Below, piece by piece: positions 9,690 to 18,804 of a DNA stretch of 64,000 nt. How positions within the stretch are numbered: position 1 is the stretch's first letter; the number at the start of each line of letters is the position of its first letter. The notes below the pieces were generated by a model. The model was not told the DNA's origin. It searched no databases and worked only from the letters and a program-made list of their open reading frames with translations. This stretch comes from an uncultured delta proteobacterium (GTDB lineage Bacteria > Desulfobacterota > Binatia > UBA9968), in assembly GCA_963737905.1 (NCBI GenBank), contig CAVTUQ010000025.1, forward strand, positions 224,001 to 288,000, given 5' to 3'. A program made the translations under genes and the position numbers.

Positions 9690-9930
9690 TCCGGTTTTTA
9701 CTAGAATAACCGGATTATTCACCTTGCGGGGGGAAGCACGGGGCAGAGTGTAGACCGAGGACTGAGCCTCGAAGCGAGCGGGCACAGGAGCGTAAAGCCG
9801 TGCTGACTCAACTGGTCCTTGGGCTAAAAGCTCGCGTTTCCTTAGTCAAAGTATGCTTCAGCACCCAGATGTGGGGGCCTCCTCAAGGTAGAGGCCCATT
9901 GCCCGCGACCGGAGAGGCTTACTCCTCGGA
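9690..9930. ncRNA. Candidate structured non-coding element, possibly an IS110-type non-coding end/bridge-RNA remnant
   Basis: Nested complementary segments 9724-30/9902-08, 9733-38/9854-59, 9760-66/9841-47, 9774-79/9830-35, 9782-88/9798-9803, 9875-81/9891-97; no convincing ORF; lies between convergent genes. Confidence 0.45.
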
Positions 9931-9948
9931 TTTACTACTTAACGCGAG

Positions 9949-11109
9949 CTAGGTGTCTCGCTCGCTCGTCGGTCCAACCTCCCCGGTGCACCAAGGGACA
10001 AACGCCTTCATTTTGCACGTTGCCCCGTTGGCTGCGAGCTCCTGCTCGAAGATCTTGTGGATCTCGCGGTCTTCGTCCTCGTATTCGACCTGCCAGCCGC
10101 CCTCCTTCATACTTCGGTCCGCATATTCTCCGCCGCCGCCACGAGGTGAGTTGACACCCATATCGCCCGGGCGAAGAGCCAGGTAGCGCGCGCGAGTGGT
10201 TCCGGAGTTGAAGTGCTGATGGATGCAGTTGTCGCTTGGGACGGTAACCATCGAGCCGAGCTGCCAGTCGCACTTGATCATGTCGGAGCGGTCTTCCTTG
10301 GTCCAGATCAAAGAGTAACCGCCGGTGCCGCTTAGCAGTACCAAATGCGCTCCCGGGCCATGGCGGTGCGCCTTTTTGTAAGTACCAATAGGAAACTCGG
10401 AGATGTGACTCTTGGTGTTGTTGTCGGCCATCTCCAGCATCGCATTGATACCGCCCGCGCCCCGCTCCTTCCATCCATAGAGCAGCATGTCCGGCGCGTT
10501 AGCGATAAAGTTGGACTCCCATATCCGCCGGTTGTAGAGCTTGCCGTTACCGCTGAAATAATTTTCTTCACCGGCATAACGCCCGTCAAAACGGAAATCA
10601 CAATTGAAAATAAATCTGCTGTCGCGGAACAAGCGCATCATCGGCGGCGCGTTGGTCACTGCAATATAACGGGTGGGCTCATTGCCGCTGCCGTTGAAGT
10701 TTTGGTACCACGCATTGAGAGGAATCGAAAACAGACTGCCGGCTTGCCATTCAAAACTTTTTTTCTGCTTCTCATCTTGCCAGATCGTCGTTGCGCCACG
10801 GCCGGAAACCACATAGATCGTGGCCTCGTACATGTGATGCTCCGGTTCGGACTTGCCCCCCGGCTTGATCTCGACGACGTGGCAGTCGTTGGGCATATGG
10901 CGATTGGCGATGTGGACGACGGCACCACTGCCACCCTTACGCTCCCAGGGGCCCAGCTCGACTTTCGCTAAACTCGGGAAGTAGAACTCCTCATGCACCT
11001 TCACACCTTCCTGCTCAAGCCATTGTGCGTAGGGATCGGCTTTCGTGTAATCTTTAAGCCCATCCTTCGGAGTTTGGGCGACCTTCATATCCGTGCCTAG
11101 CATTACCAT
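9949..11109 (-). CDS. Bicupin-domain protein
   Basis: Two cupin motifs: EHHMYEATIYVVSGRG...FSIPLNAWYQ and AHRHGPGAH...HQHFN. Confidence 0.8.
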   Translation of the reverse strand: MVMLGTDMKVAQTPKDGLKDYTKADPYAQWLEQEGVKVHEEFYFPSLAKVELGPWERKGGSGAVVHIANRHMPNDCHVVEIKPGGKSEPEHHMYEATIYVVSGRGATTIWQDEKQKKSFEWQAGSLFSIPLNAWYQNFNGSGNEPTRYIAVTNAPPMMRLFRDSRFIFNCDFRFDGRYAGEENYFSGNGKLYNRRIWESNFIANAPDMLLYGWKERGAGGINAMLEMADNNTKSHISEFPIGTYKKAHRHGPGAHLVLLSGTGGYSLIWTKEDRSDMIKCDWQLGSMVTVPSDNCIHQHFNSGTTRARYLALRPGDMGVNSPRGGGGEYADRSMKEGGWQVEYEDEDREIHKIFEQELAANGATCKMKAFVPWCTGEVGPTSERDT

Positions 11110-11236
11110 GATTGAATCCTCCTCTCAGAAATATTAGCCGGGCAATGGATTGCTGTCCATCGCTTTGTTTGGGAATATCCGGTATCGGGCTGGTTTGTCA
11201 ACGATGTTACGTCTGGAAACATTTCCCTAAAATCAA

Positions 11237-12088
11237 TCAAGAACTGCTGTCTGAAGGACAGGCCGGAGGGGCGGTCTCTTTGAGGAAATTTAGAGTTTGT
11301 TCTCTAACGCTCTGCCTCGGGAGGAAATGGCCGTTTTCCGGATAGATGACAAGTCGATAAGGAGTCCCTACCGCTTTGAGTCGATCCCGCAGCAACAGCG
11401 CTTGGTTCACGGGGATGAGTGTATCCTGGCCGCCGTGCAGGATCAGCGTCGGCGCTCGCCATCGCGAGGCTTCGCCAAGAAGGTTCAACAGTTTTGGATT
11501 GGTATCGCCGTTGGGGTTGATCAACTTTCGCACCCAAACACTCGACGTTTCACGGTAGAGCATATCGAGATCATAAGCGCCCGAGTAAAGCACCGCTCCG
11601 CTCACTCCTTCCACTTCATTGAGCATCGCTGCCGCAACCACAGCGCCCCGGGAAACTCCATAAAACATTACATGGCTGCTATCCACCCATCTGAGCTGCC
11701 TGGCCATCGCGAGGCCGTCCTTGACGACCTGCCGGGTCGTTCCCTCAATCGAGCCTCGGGGAATTTCAGTTGAACCATAACCCGGCAATGAAATAGCCAA
11801 GCCAGCGAAGCAAGTCTCCCGCGCAAGCGCTTCGGCCGTGGACAAAACCTGTTCGGCGCCCCTGCCGATGAGACTGTGACCATGAAGTAGAATGACCAAT
11901 GGGAAAGGGCCCTCACCCCGCGGCCGGGCGACGTACGCCTCCACATTACCGCCGGCGCTACGAAAAAAGATACGCGTGGTGAGCTCGTCGTCGAGGGAGT
12001 TTAGTTGCTTAAACGGCAGTTCCGACACGCCGGTACACGCAAACAAAAAAAACAAAGCCAAGACCGATAATCCCGCTTTAAAATTCAT
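11237..12088 (-). CDS. Alpha/beta hydrolase (S9-like), probable lipoprotein
   Basis: GVSRG nucleophile elbow, LILHGGQD, ENGH; signal peptide with lipobox LFAC; start at ATG 12088. Confidence 0.8.
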   Translation of the reverse strand: MNFKAGLSVLALFFLFACTGVSELPFKQLNSLDDELTTRIFFRSAGGNVEAYVARPRGEGPFPLVILLHGHSLIGRGAEQVLSTAEALARETCFAGLAISLPGYGSTEIPRGSIEGTTRQVVKDGLAMARQLRWVDSSHVMFYGVSRGAVVAAAMLNEVEGVSGAVLYSGAYDLDMLYRETSSVWVRKLINPNGDTNPKLLNLLGEASRWRAPTLILHGGQDTLIPVNQALLLRDRLKAVGTPYRLVIYPENGHFLPRQSVREQTLNFLKETAPPACPSDSSS

Positions 12089-12316
12089 TATCTGTTCCTG
12101 ACATTCCTGTTCGCAATAACAAATGGTGCCGTGATCTCGCATTCAAGATACAAAACATCGTGGTCTCTGATATAATAGCTGGCGGTTATCAACTTTCCAA
12201 ACCCTTAGACTGAGTGCGAACTCGTTCATAGCCGGGAATTTTCTTGCAGCCAGCCATTGAGCTCATCCGTTTTATGAGCAAAAGTCGCAACCTGACCATA
12301 CGGAGCCAAAAAAGAC

Positions 12317-14386
12317 ATGTCTAAACCTATGCTCAAGTCCAACGGCGCGACAGCCGAGACCCAGCCCCCCGAACCGAAGGTGGCCATGTCCGCCGCCGAG
12401 ATGGGGGCTCGGCAGCGGGAGATTTCCGTTTCCGAGTTCTTTACCAAGAACCGTCACTTACTGGGTTTCGATAATCCGCGAAAGGCACTCCTCACCTGTG
12501 TCAAGGAAGCTGTCGACAATGCTCTCGACGCTTGTGAAGAAGCGGGGATTCTGCCTGAAGTCGTGGTCAAACTAGAAGTGGCTTCGAACGGTGAGGCGCC
12601 GCCGCCCCCGAGCCAGGCGAACCGGTTTCGGATAACAGTGATCGACTACGGCCCGGGCATTGTCCGTCAACAGATTCCGCCGATATTCGCCAAGCTTCTC
12701 TACGGATCCAAATTCCACCGGCTGCGCATGAGTCGCGGACAGCAGGGCATCGGCATATCGGCCGCCGGCATGTATGCGCAACTCACAACCGGCAAACCGG
12801 TACAGATCACCTCGCGCACCAGTGCGCGGGCACCCGCTCACTATTTCGAAGTCCAGATCGATACCAAGAAGAACGAGCCGCGGATTCTCGAACGAAAACA
12901 GATCGATTGGGAGAACCATCGCGGTACCCAGGTGACCCTCGAAATCGAAGGCCGCTACCAGAAGGGGCGGGCCTCTGTGGACGAGTATCTAGAGCAGGTT
13001 GCCATTGCCAATCCGCACGTCAAGCTCGTCTACCACACCCCGGAGGGAGAAACCAAGGAATATCCCCGGACGATCCAAGAGCTGCCGCCTCAGCCGCGTG
13101 AAATCAAGCCGCACCCCTACGGTATCGAGTTCGGTATGTTGTTAAAAATGCTCCACGATACCAAGAGCCATTCGCTGGCGGGGTTTTTGTCCAGTGACTT
13201 CAGCCGGGTTTCCTCAAACCTCGCACAGGAGATCTGCAAGGCCGCGAAGATTTCGCCGGACACGCGACCCCGAAACGTTCACGGCACCGCTGGCGAAACG
13301 CTCTATAAAACGATCCAGTCCACCAAGATCATGGCGCCGCCGAGCAACTGTATTTCGCCCATCGGAGAAAAGGCGATCCTCCATGGCTTGTATAAGCAAA
13401 TCAAAGGAGATTTTTATACTGCGGTGACCCGGCCGCCGGCGGTCTACCGCGGTAATCCCTTCATCATCGAGGCGGGGCTGGCTTACGGCAAGGGGCCTGA
13501 ACACACGGCGGACAAACCCGAAGATCCAAAGATTCCGCTCGCTGAAGGCGAGCAGCAAGACGATGACAATGAGCTAGCCAGAGTCCTTCGTTATGCGAAT
13601 CGAGTTCCCTTGCTCTATCAGCAGTCTGCCTGCGCGACGTTCAAGGCGGTGCTCGACACCACTTGGCGGAATTACGGAGTGCCCCAATCCCGAGGTGCTC
13701 TTCCAGCCGGTCCTATGGTGATTTTCGTTCACGTGGCCTCGGTCTGGGTGCCGTTCACCAGTGAGTCCAAGGAAGCGATCGCTGATTACGATGAGATCCG
13801 CAAAGAAATCAAACTCGCCCTGCAAGAGTGTGGACGCCGGCTTGGCGTCTTTCTGAGACGGCGCGAACGCGCCAAGAGCGAATTTCGCCGGCGGAATATT
13901 TTCGAGCTCTACATCGAAGAAGTCGTCGAGGCGTGCGGTCGTCTCAAGGGCGGAAAGCTCGCCAAGGAAAAACTCAAAGACCAGCTGCAGAAGATCGCCG
14001 CGAAACGGACCGGCGGCGAGAAGACGGATGAGGTACTGGGACACGATGGCGGCGGCCCGGAAGGTCTCCCCCATTCGATCATTGTTACCGCCGAAGGAAC
14101 CGAAGGAGATGCACCGGTTCTGAACGGTGATAAGGAGAGTGATAGTGCACCTTCGGAAGAACTCCCGCTAGACGTGAGCGAATCCGCCGCGACTGGACGG
14201 CCCAAAGTAAAAGCAAAATCTACGAAGGCTAGGAAGCCTACCAAGGCTACGGGCAAGAAGAATCCGGCGAAAGTTGAACCAACCAGCGCGAAGCAAATGA
14301 CTCTGGGCTTTGAAACCGCTGGAACAAGCGCGAAACGTAGCCAAAAGATAGGAAAGAGACATGGCGCAAAAAAAGCAAAAAAATAA
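12317..14386 (+). CDS. top6B: DNA topoisomerase VI subunit B
   Basis: SVSEFFTKNRHLLGF, KEAVDNALDA (GHKL), LLYGSKFH, SRGQQGIGISAA, RYANRVPLLY, VPFTSESKEAI. Confidence 0.95.
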   Translation: MSKPMLKSNGATAETQPPEPKVAMSAAEMGARQREISVSEFFTKNRHLLGFDNPRKALLTCVKEAVDNALDACEEAGILPEVVVKLEVASNGEAPPPPSQANRFRITVIDYGPGIVRQQIPPIFAKLLYGSKFHRLRMSRGQQGIGISAAGMYAQLTTGKPVQITSRTSARAPAHYFEVQIDTKKNEPRILERKQIDWENHRGTQVTLEIEGRYQKGRASVDEYLEQVAIANPHVKLVYHTPEGETKEYPRTIQELPPQPREIKPHPYGIEFGMLLKMLHDTKSHSLAGFLSSDFSRVSSNLAQEICKAAKISPDTRPRNVHGTAGETLYKTIQSTKIMAPPSNCISPIGEKAILHGLYKQIKGDFYTAVTRPPAVYRGNPFIIEAGLAYGKGPEHTADKPEDPKIPLAEGEQQDDDNELARVLRYANRVPLLYQQSACATFKAVLDTTWRNYGVPQSRGALPAGPMVIFVHVASVWVPFTSESKEAIADYDEIRKEIKLALQECGRRLGVFLRRRERAKSEFRRRNIFELYIEEVVEACGRLKGGKLAKEKLKDQLQKIAAKRTGGEKTDEVLGHDGGGPEGLPHSIIVTAEGTEGDAPVLNGDKESDSAPSEELPLDVSESAATGRPKVKAKSTKARKPTKATGKKNPAKVEPTSAKQMTLGFETAGTSAKRSQKIGKRHGAKKAKK

Positions 14387-15467
14387 CGGCGCAGTGGAAA
14401 AAAAGCTCGTGGGTGTGGCCGATGTCGTCATCACCGCGGCGCAGCGAAGCAAAGACCCCGCGCTTTCGATTCCCGTGCGCAGCCTCGCCAACGTCAATTT
14501 CAACGAGAAGCGGGGCATCATCGAAATGGGCCGCAGAAAGCAGGCGCGCACATTTTTCAACGTCGGTATGGCCAAGAAGTTCATGCAGACCGTACTTGTG
14601 GCCGATGCCCTCGCCGAGTTGCAGCGAGCGAATCTGACGACCTCGCTCCGGGAGATCTACTACCGTACGAAGCACACGATCAAGAATTCACACGAAAACA
14701 CTTTCGACGGCCAGAACGAATCCGATCCGCTCATCGAAGACCTCGAAGTTACCTTGGAGGCCCTGCGCGAGGAACTCCACGTGCGCGCCGAGAACTCCGG
14801 CACCGTCGTTGGGCCGTTGGTGCTCGTGGATGACGGTGATCGGGTGGACTGCACCCGGCTGGGCAAAGGCGGTTATTCCGTCCCCTCCATTGTCGAGCCG
14901 GAATACATTCAGATCAGCAAATGTACGGCGGATTTTGTCCTCCTGGTCGAGAAAGGAACCCAGTGGAACCGTCTTTCGGAAGACAAATTCTGGCGCCGGT
15001 ACAACTGTATCCTGCTCACGGGCAACGGCCAGCCGCCCCGCGGTGTCCGGCGCTTGGCGCGCAGGCTGCACGAAGAGTACAATCTTCCCGTTTATGTCCT
15101 CGTCGACAATGATCCCTGGGGCTACTACATCTACTCGGTCATCAAGCAGGGATCGATCAATTTGGCTTTTGAAAGCGAGCGCATGGCCATTCCTAAGGCC
15201 AAGTTCATCGGGTTCTCTAGCGCCGATCCCGATCGCTACGGACTCCCGCGCAACGTCGGCATCAAACTCAACGACAAAGACATCAACCGGGCAAAGGAAC
15301 TCATGAAGTATAAGTGGTTTCAGAAAAAAGAGTGGCAAAATGAAATCAAAGGGATGCTCTCCACCGGTCTGAAGTTCGAGCTCGACGCCCTCGCCAACAA
15401 AGATTTTCAGTATCTGACCAAGACCTACCTTCCCAAAAAGCTCAAAGACAAAGACTGGTTGGACTAG
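14361..15467 (+). CDS. top6A: DNA topoisomerase VI subunit A
   Basis: TSLREIYY (catalytic Tyr), LVEK, TGNGQP, DNDPWG (TOPRIM); overlaps top6B by 26 nt. Confidence 0.95.
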   Translation: MAQKKQKNNGAVEKKLVGVADVVITAAQRSKDPALSIPVRSLANVNFNEKRGIIEMGRRKQARTFFNVGMAKKFMQTVLVADALAELQRANLTTSLREIYYRTKHTIKNSHENTFDGQNESDPLIEDLEVTLEALREELHVRAENSGTVVGPLVLVDDGDRVDCTRLGKGGYSVPSIVEPEYIQISKCTADFVLLVEKGTQWNRLSEDKFWRRYNCILLTGNGQPPRGVRRLARRLHEEYNLPVYVLVDNDPWGYYIYSVIKQGSINLAFESERMAIPKAKFIGFSSADPDRYGLPRNVGIKLNDKDINRAKELMKYKWFQKKEWQNEIKGMLSTGLKFELDALANKDFQYLTKTYLPKKLKDKDWLD

Positions 15468-15529
15468 CGTGAAGCGGACAAAAGGCGATGCTCAGCTTTT
15501 CGAGTACGTTGGCATTCAAGGAGACGAGA

Positions 15530-15718
15530 ATGAACGATACGGATAAGATCTCCCAACGATTGGCGCTGCTTGAAGAAGTAAATCTTTCGAAAGCTGATCT
15601 CGAATTCATTGCCGCCGAGATCGAGGATCTTAAAAGGGTGGTAAGCGAGCTGGAAGAGTTCGGTCAAGACACCCCGTGGATTTCTTTGCAAGCGCAGCCA
15701 CCAGGCAAAAAGGCTTGA
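15530..15718 (+). CDS. Small protein preceding the amidase (GatC/AtzG-like position)
   Basis: ATG 15530 after AAGGAG; 62-aa acidic helical peptide ending 7 nt before the amidase start. Confidence 0.6.
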   Translation: MNDTDKISQRLALLEEVNLSKADLEFIAAEIEDLKRVVSELEEFGQDTPWISLQAQPPGKKA

Positions 15719-15725
15719 TCGATCT

Positions 15726-17144
15726 ATGGCGTCCGCTGACATTCTCGAATTGAATTTGACCGACCTTTCGCGGCTCATTGCCGCGCGGGAGCTATCATCG
15801 TCGGAGGCAACGAGGACGGCTCTGGCACGTTTGGAGCTGCTGGAAAGCAAACTCAATGCCTTCATCACCGTTCTTCGCGAGCAAGCGCTCGCAGAAGCAA
15901 AGAAGGCGGATGAAGAAATCGCGTGCGGAAACTATCGCGGCGCTCTTCACGGGATTCCTATTACGATCAAAGACATGTTTGAGACGGCCGGCGTGCTTAC
16001 CACAGGGGGTTCAAAGATTTTGGCGGAGTGGGTTCCCGAGACGGACTCGGCATTAGTGGAGCGTCTCCGAGCTGCCGGAGCGATCATTCTAGGAAAGACG
16101 AACCTGGATGAATTCGGTCATGGCGGCACGTCGACACTCTCCCATTTTGGCCCGGTCCACAACCCATGGGACATCGAGCGTATCGCGGGCGGATCAAGCG
16201 GTGGCTCAGCGGCTGCGGTTGCGTCGGGCATAGGGCCCCTCTCCTACGGTACCGAGACTGGCTCATCAGTACGCCGCCCGGCATCCTATTGTGGGATCAC
16301 CGGCTTTAAACCAACCTTCGGCATCATCAGCCGGCATGGCTCGTTCCGGGGAGCCTGGAGCCAGGATCACGTCGGGCTATTTGCCCGTTCAGTGAAGGAT
16401 ATCGCGCTGGGGTTGGACCCGGTGGCCGGCTACGACGCGCGGGATCCGGCGAGTGTGCACCAAGACAATCCGAGTTACGCGTCACGGCTCGACGCAAACG
16501 TGAAAGGGCTGAGAATCGGCGTGCTCCGGCGTTTTCTCGAGGGAGCGAATCCCGCAGTGAGACAAGCACTTGATGCTGCGCTCAAAGTCCTTGCCAGCGC
16601 AGGATGCGAGATCGTCGACTTGGAGATTCCCGAGATCCGCTATGCGGCGATGACTTCGATGATGACTAGCTCCGCCGAGAGCGCTGGGATCAACCGCCGC
16701 TGGTTCCGGGAGCACTATCATGATTTCGTTCCTCACGTGAGCCGGGGCTTGGCAGTGGGCATGACCATCACCGCCTCTGAATATCTAACGGTCCAGCGCG
16801 CGCGACACCGTATCCGCGAGGCGCTACGCGCAACGTATGAAAAGGTGGATGTTATCGCCTCGCCAACGACCAGCAGAGTTGCGCCGCTTCTGTCGGAAGG
16901 GCTCAAGGGCAATGGGGACGACACCCGCCACGCGAGTTACAATCATTCGAATCTCTTGCGCTTCCCCAGTATGCTCGGGTTGCCGGGCTGCTCGCTGCCT
17001 TGCGGGATCAATCCCGAAGGTCTGCCGATGGGGCTGCAATTAGTCGCCGGTTGGTTCGCTGATCAGACGGTCTTGAACACTGCGTTGGCGTACCAGAGCG
17101 CGACGGAGTGGCACACGCGACGTCCGGCGATCGCCGGCGTGTAG
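15726..17144 (+). CDS. Amidase signature family enzyme
   Basis: IKDMF (Lys), GKTNLDEF, GGSSGGS, GTETGSSVRRPA. Confidence 0.92.
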   Translation: MASADILELNLTDLSRLIAARELSSSEATRTALARLELLESKLNAFITVLREQALAEAKKADEEIACGNYRGALHGIPITIKDMFETAGVLTTGGSKILAEWVPETDSALVERLRAAGAIILGKTNLDEFGHGGTSTLSHFGPVHNPWDIERIAGGSSGGSAAAVASGIGPLSYGTETGSSVRRPASYCGITGFKPTFGIISRHGSFRGAWSQDHVGLFARSVKDIALGLDPVAGYDARDPASVHQDNPSYASRLDANVKGLRIGVLRRFLEGANPAVRQALDAALKVLASAGCEIVDLEIPEIRYAAMTSMMTSSAESAGINRRWFREHYHDFVPHVSRGLAVGMTITASEYLTVQRARHRIREALRATYEKVDVIASPTTSRVAPLLSEGLKGNGDDTRHASYNHSNLLRFPSMLGLPGCSLPCGINPEGLPMGLQLVAGWFADQTVLNTALAYQSATEWHTRRPAIAGV

Positions 17145-17223
17145 ACTGAGAGTTTGGTATTGTATTCCCTGGCGACCTTTGCGCCTTTGCTGGAGAAATC
17201 TTTCAATCTCTAAGGAGTATCGG

Positions 17224-18762
17224 ATGGTTCAGAAAAAAGCCGAAGTCAGCCGCAGAGATTTTTTGAAGCGAAGCGCCGCGCTTGGCGCCGGCGTTGCGAT
17301 GGGATCTTACCTTTACCGCAACGCCTCCGCGGCTTCCAATGACCGCGTCACCATCTATCAAAACACCGGCGCTGACTCGATTAATCCCTACAATCAAAGC
17401 TCCGGTTCTATTTACGGCAATTGGCAGCATGTCATAGAACCTCTCATCGAGCTGGACTATGCAAAAAAGGCTTGGGTTGGCGTCCTTGCCGAGTCGTGGG
17501 AATTTCAGGGAAAGCGATGGGTGTTCAAACTCAAAAAAGGCATCAAGTTTCATAACGGCGCGCCGTTGACCTCAAAGGACGTCGTGTTCTCGGTCGAAAA
17601 GATGCGCGATGAAAAGGGCGGCAGCCTGCAGGCGTCGAACTTCAGCGACGTCACGGAAATACAAACTCCGGATGATCAGACGGTTATCTTCGTCACCAAG
17701 CAACCCTTGGCGATTTTCTTGGATCGATTGAGAAACCGTTTCATCCTCAGCAAGGTCGCCGGCGACAAGTACGGCGATCAGTTGTATCAAAATCTAGTCG
17801 GCACCGGCCCCTATAAGTTTGTCAGCTTCCAGCGCGGCGGCAACCTGGTCTTCACCCGCAACGACGACTATTGGGGCGGCAAAGCAGCGATCAAAGAAGT
17901 TGTGTTTCGCAAAGTCACCGAGGACGCCGCGCGCCTCGCGGCATTGGAGTCAGGCCAGGCCGATTTCATCAATGCCATTCCCGTTCATGAGGTGGCGCGG
18001 TTGCAGCGTCACCCGCGCGTCAGAATCGATCAGATTGAAGGATTAGAGATGTATTTTTTGATGATGAATGTCGCCCATAAGCCCTTCGACAACAAGCTGG
18101 TGCGCCAGGCGGTGAACTACTCCGTCGATGCGCCGGCCATAGTCAGAAATATTTTTGATGGCATCGGTTATACGATCGAGGGTCCGGTCGGACCCCGCGT
18201 CATCGGCGCCGATCCGAAACTGAAACGCTATCCTTACGATCCCACGAAGGCCAAGGAACTCTTGGCGCAGGCGGGCTATCCCCAAGGCTGCGATGTGCAG
18301 TTCTATTATTCAGCCGGTCGGTATCCGAAAGACCGCGAAGTGTGTCAGGCAGTGGCCGCCCAGATGGTCAAAGGCGGGTTTAGAGTGGAGCTCATCTCCC
18401 AGGAATGGGTTCTGTTCTGGGGGCCGGAAGGCGTCAATGGCGGCAAGCTGCCTTTTTACTACAACAACCGCGGCTCGTTGACGGATGCGGATACGTTTTA
18501 CGACCAGTATTTTCGCACGGGCACCACCAAGCGCTGCAATTACAGCAACCCGGAGTTAGACAAAATCATCGATGAAGAACAGAAAATCCCCGACATCAAA
18601 AAGCGCATTGTCTTGCTACACCAGGCCGGGAAGATTCTCATGGAGGACGCGCCGTTTGTGCCGCTATACAACCTCGCGTCCATCTACGGCGCGGCGAAGA
18701 ATCTGGCGTGGAAGATGAGACCCGATGAGAAGGTGCTCGGCTGGGATATGAAGATCGTATAG
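17224..18762 (+). CDS. Family 5 (peptide/nickel) ABC substrate-binding protein with Tat signal
   Basis: SRRDFLK twin-arginine motif; LAESWE, KFHNG, GTGPYKF. Confidence 0.9.
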   Translation: MVQKKAEVSRRDFLKRSAALGAGVAMGSYLYRNASAASNDRVTIYQNTGADSINPYNQSSGSIYGNWQHVIEPLIELDYAKKAWVGVLAESWEFQGKRWVFKLKKGIKFHNGAPLTSKDVVFSVEKMRDEKGGSLQASNFSDVTEIQTPDDQTVIFVTKQPLAIFLDRLRNRFILSKVAGDKYGDQLYQNLVGTGPYKFVSFQRGGNLVFTRNDDYWGGKAAIKEVVFRKVTEDAARLAALESGQADFINAIPVHEVARLQRHPRVRIDQIEGLEMYFLMMNVAHKPFDNKLVRQAVNYSVDAPAIVRNIFDGIGYTIEGPVGPRVIGADPKLKRYPYDPTKAKELLAQAGYPQGCDVQFYYSAGRYPKDREVCQAVAAQMVKGGFRVELISQEWVLFWGPEGVNGGKLPFYYNNRGSLTDADTFYDQYFRTGTTKRCNYSNPELDKIIDEEQKIPDIKKRIVLLHQAGKILMEDAPFVPLYNLASIYGAAKNLAWKMRPDEKVLGWDMKIV

Positions 18763-18804
18763 ACGGGTACAACGCCAACCCTAGATTTTTTTGACTATCT
18801 TGTT

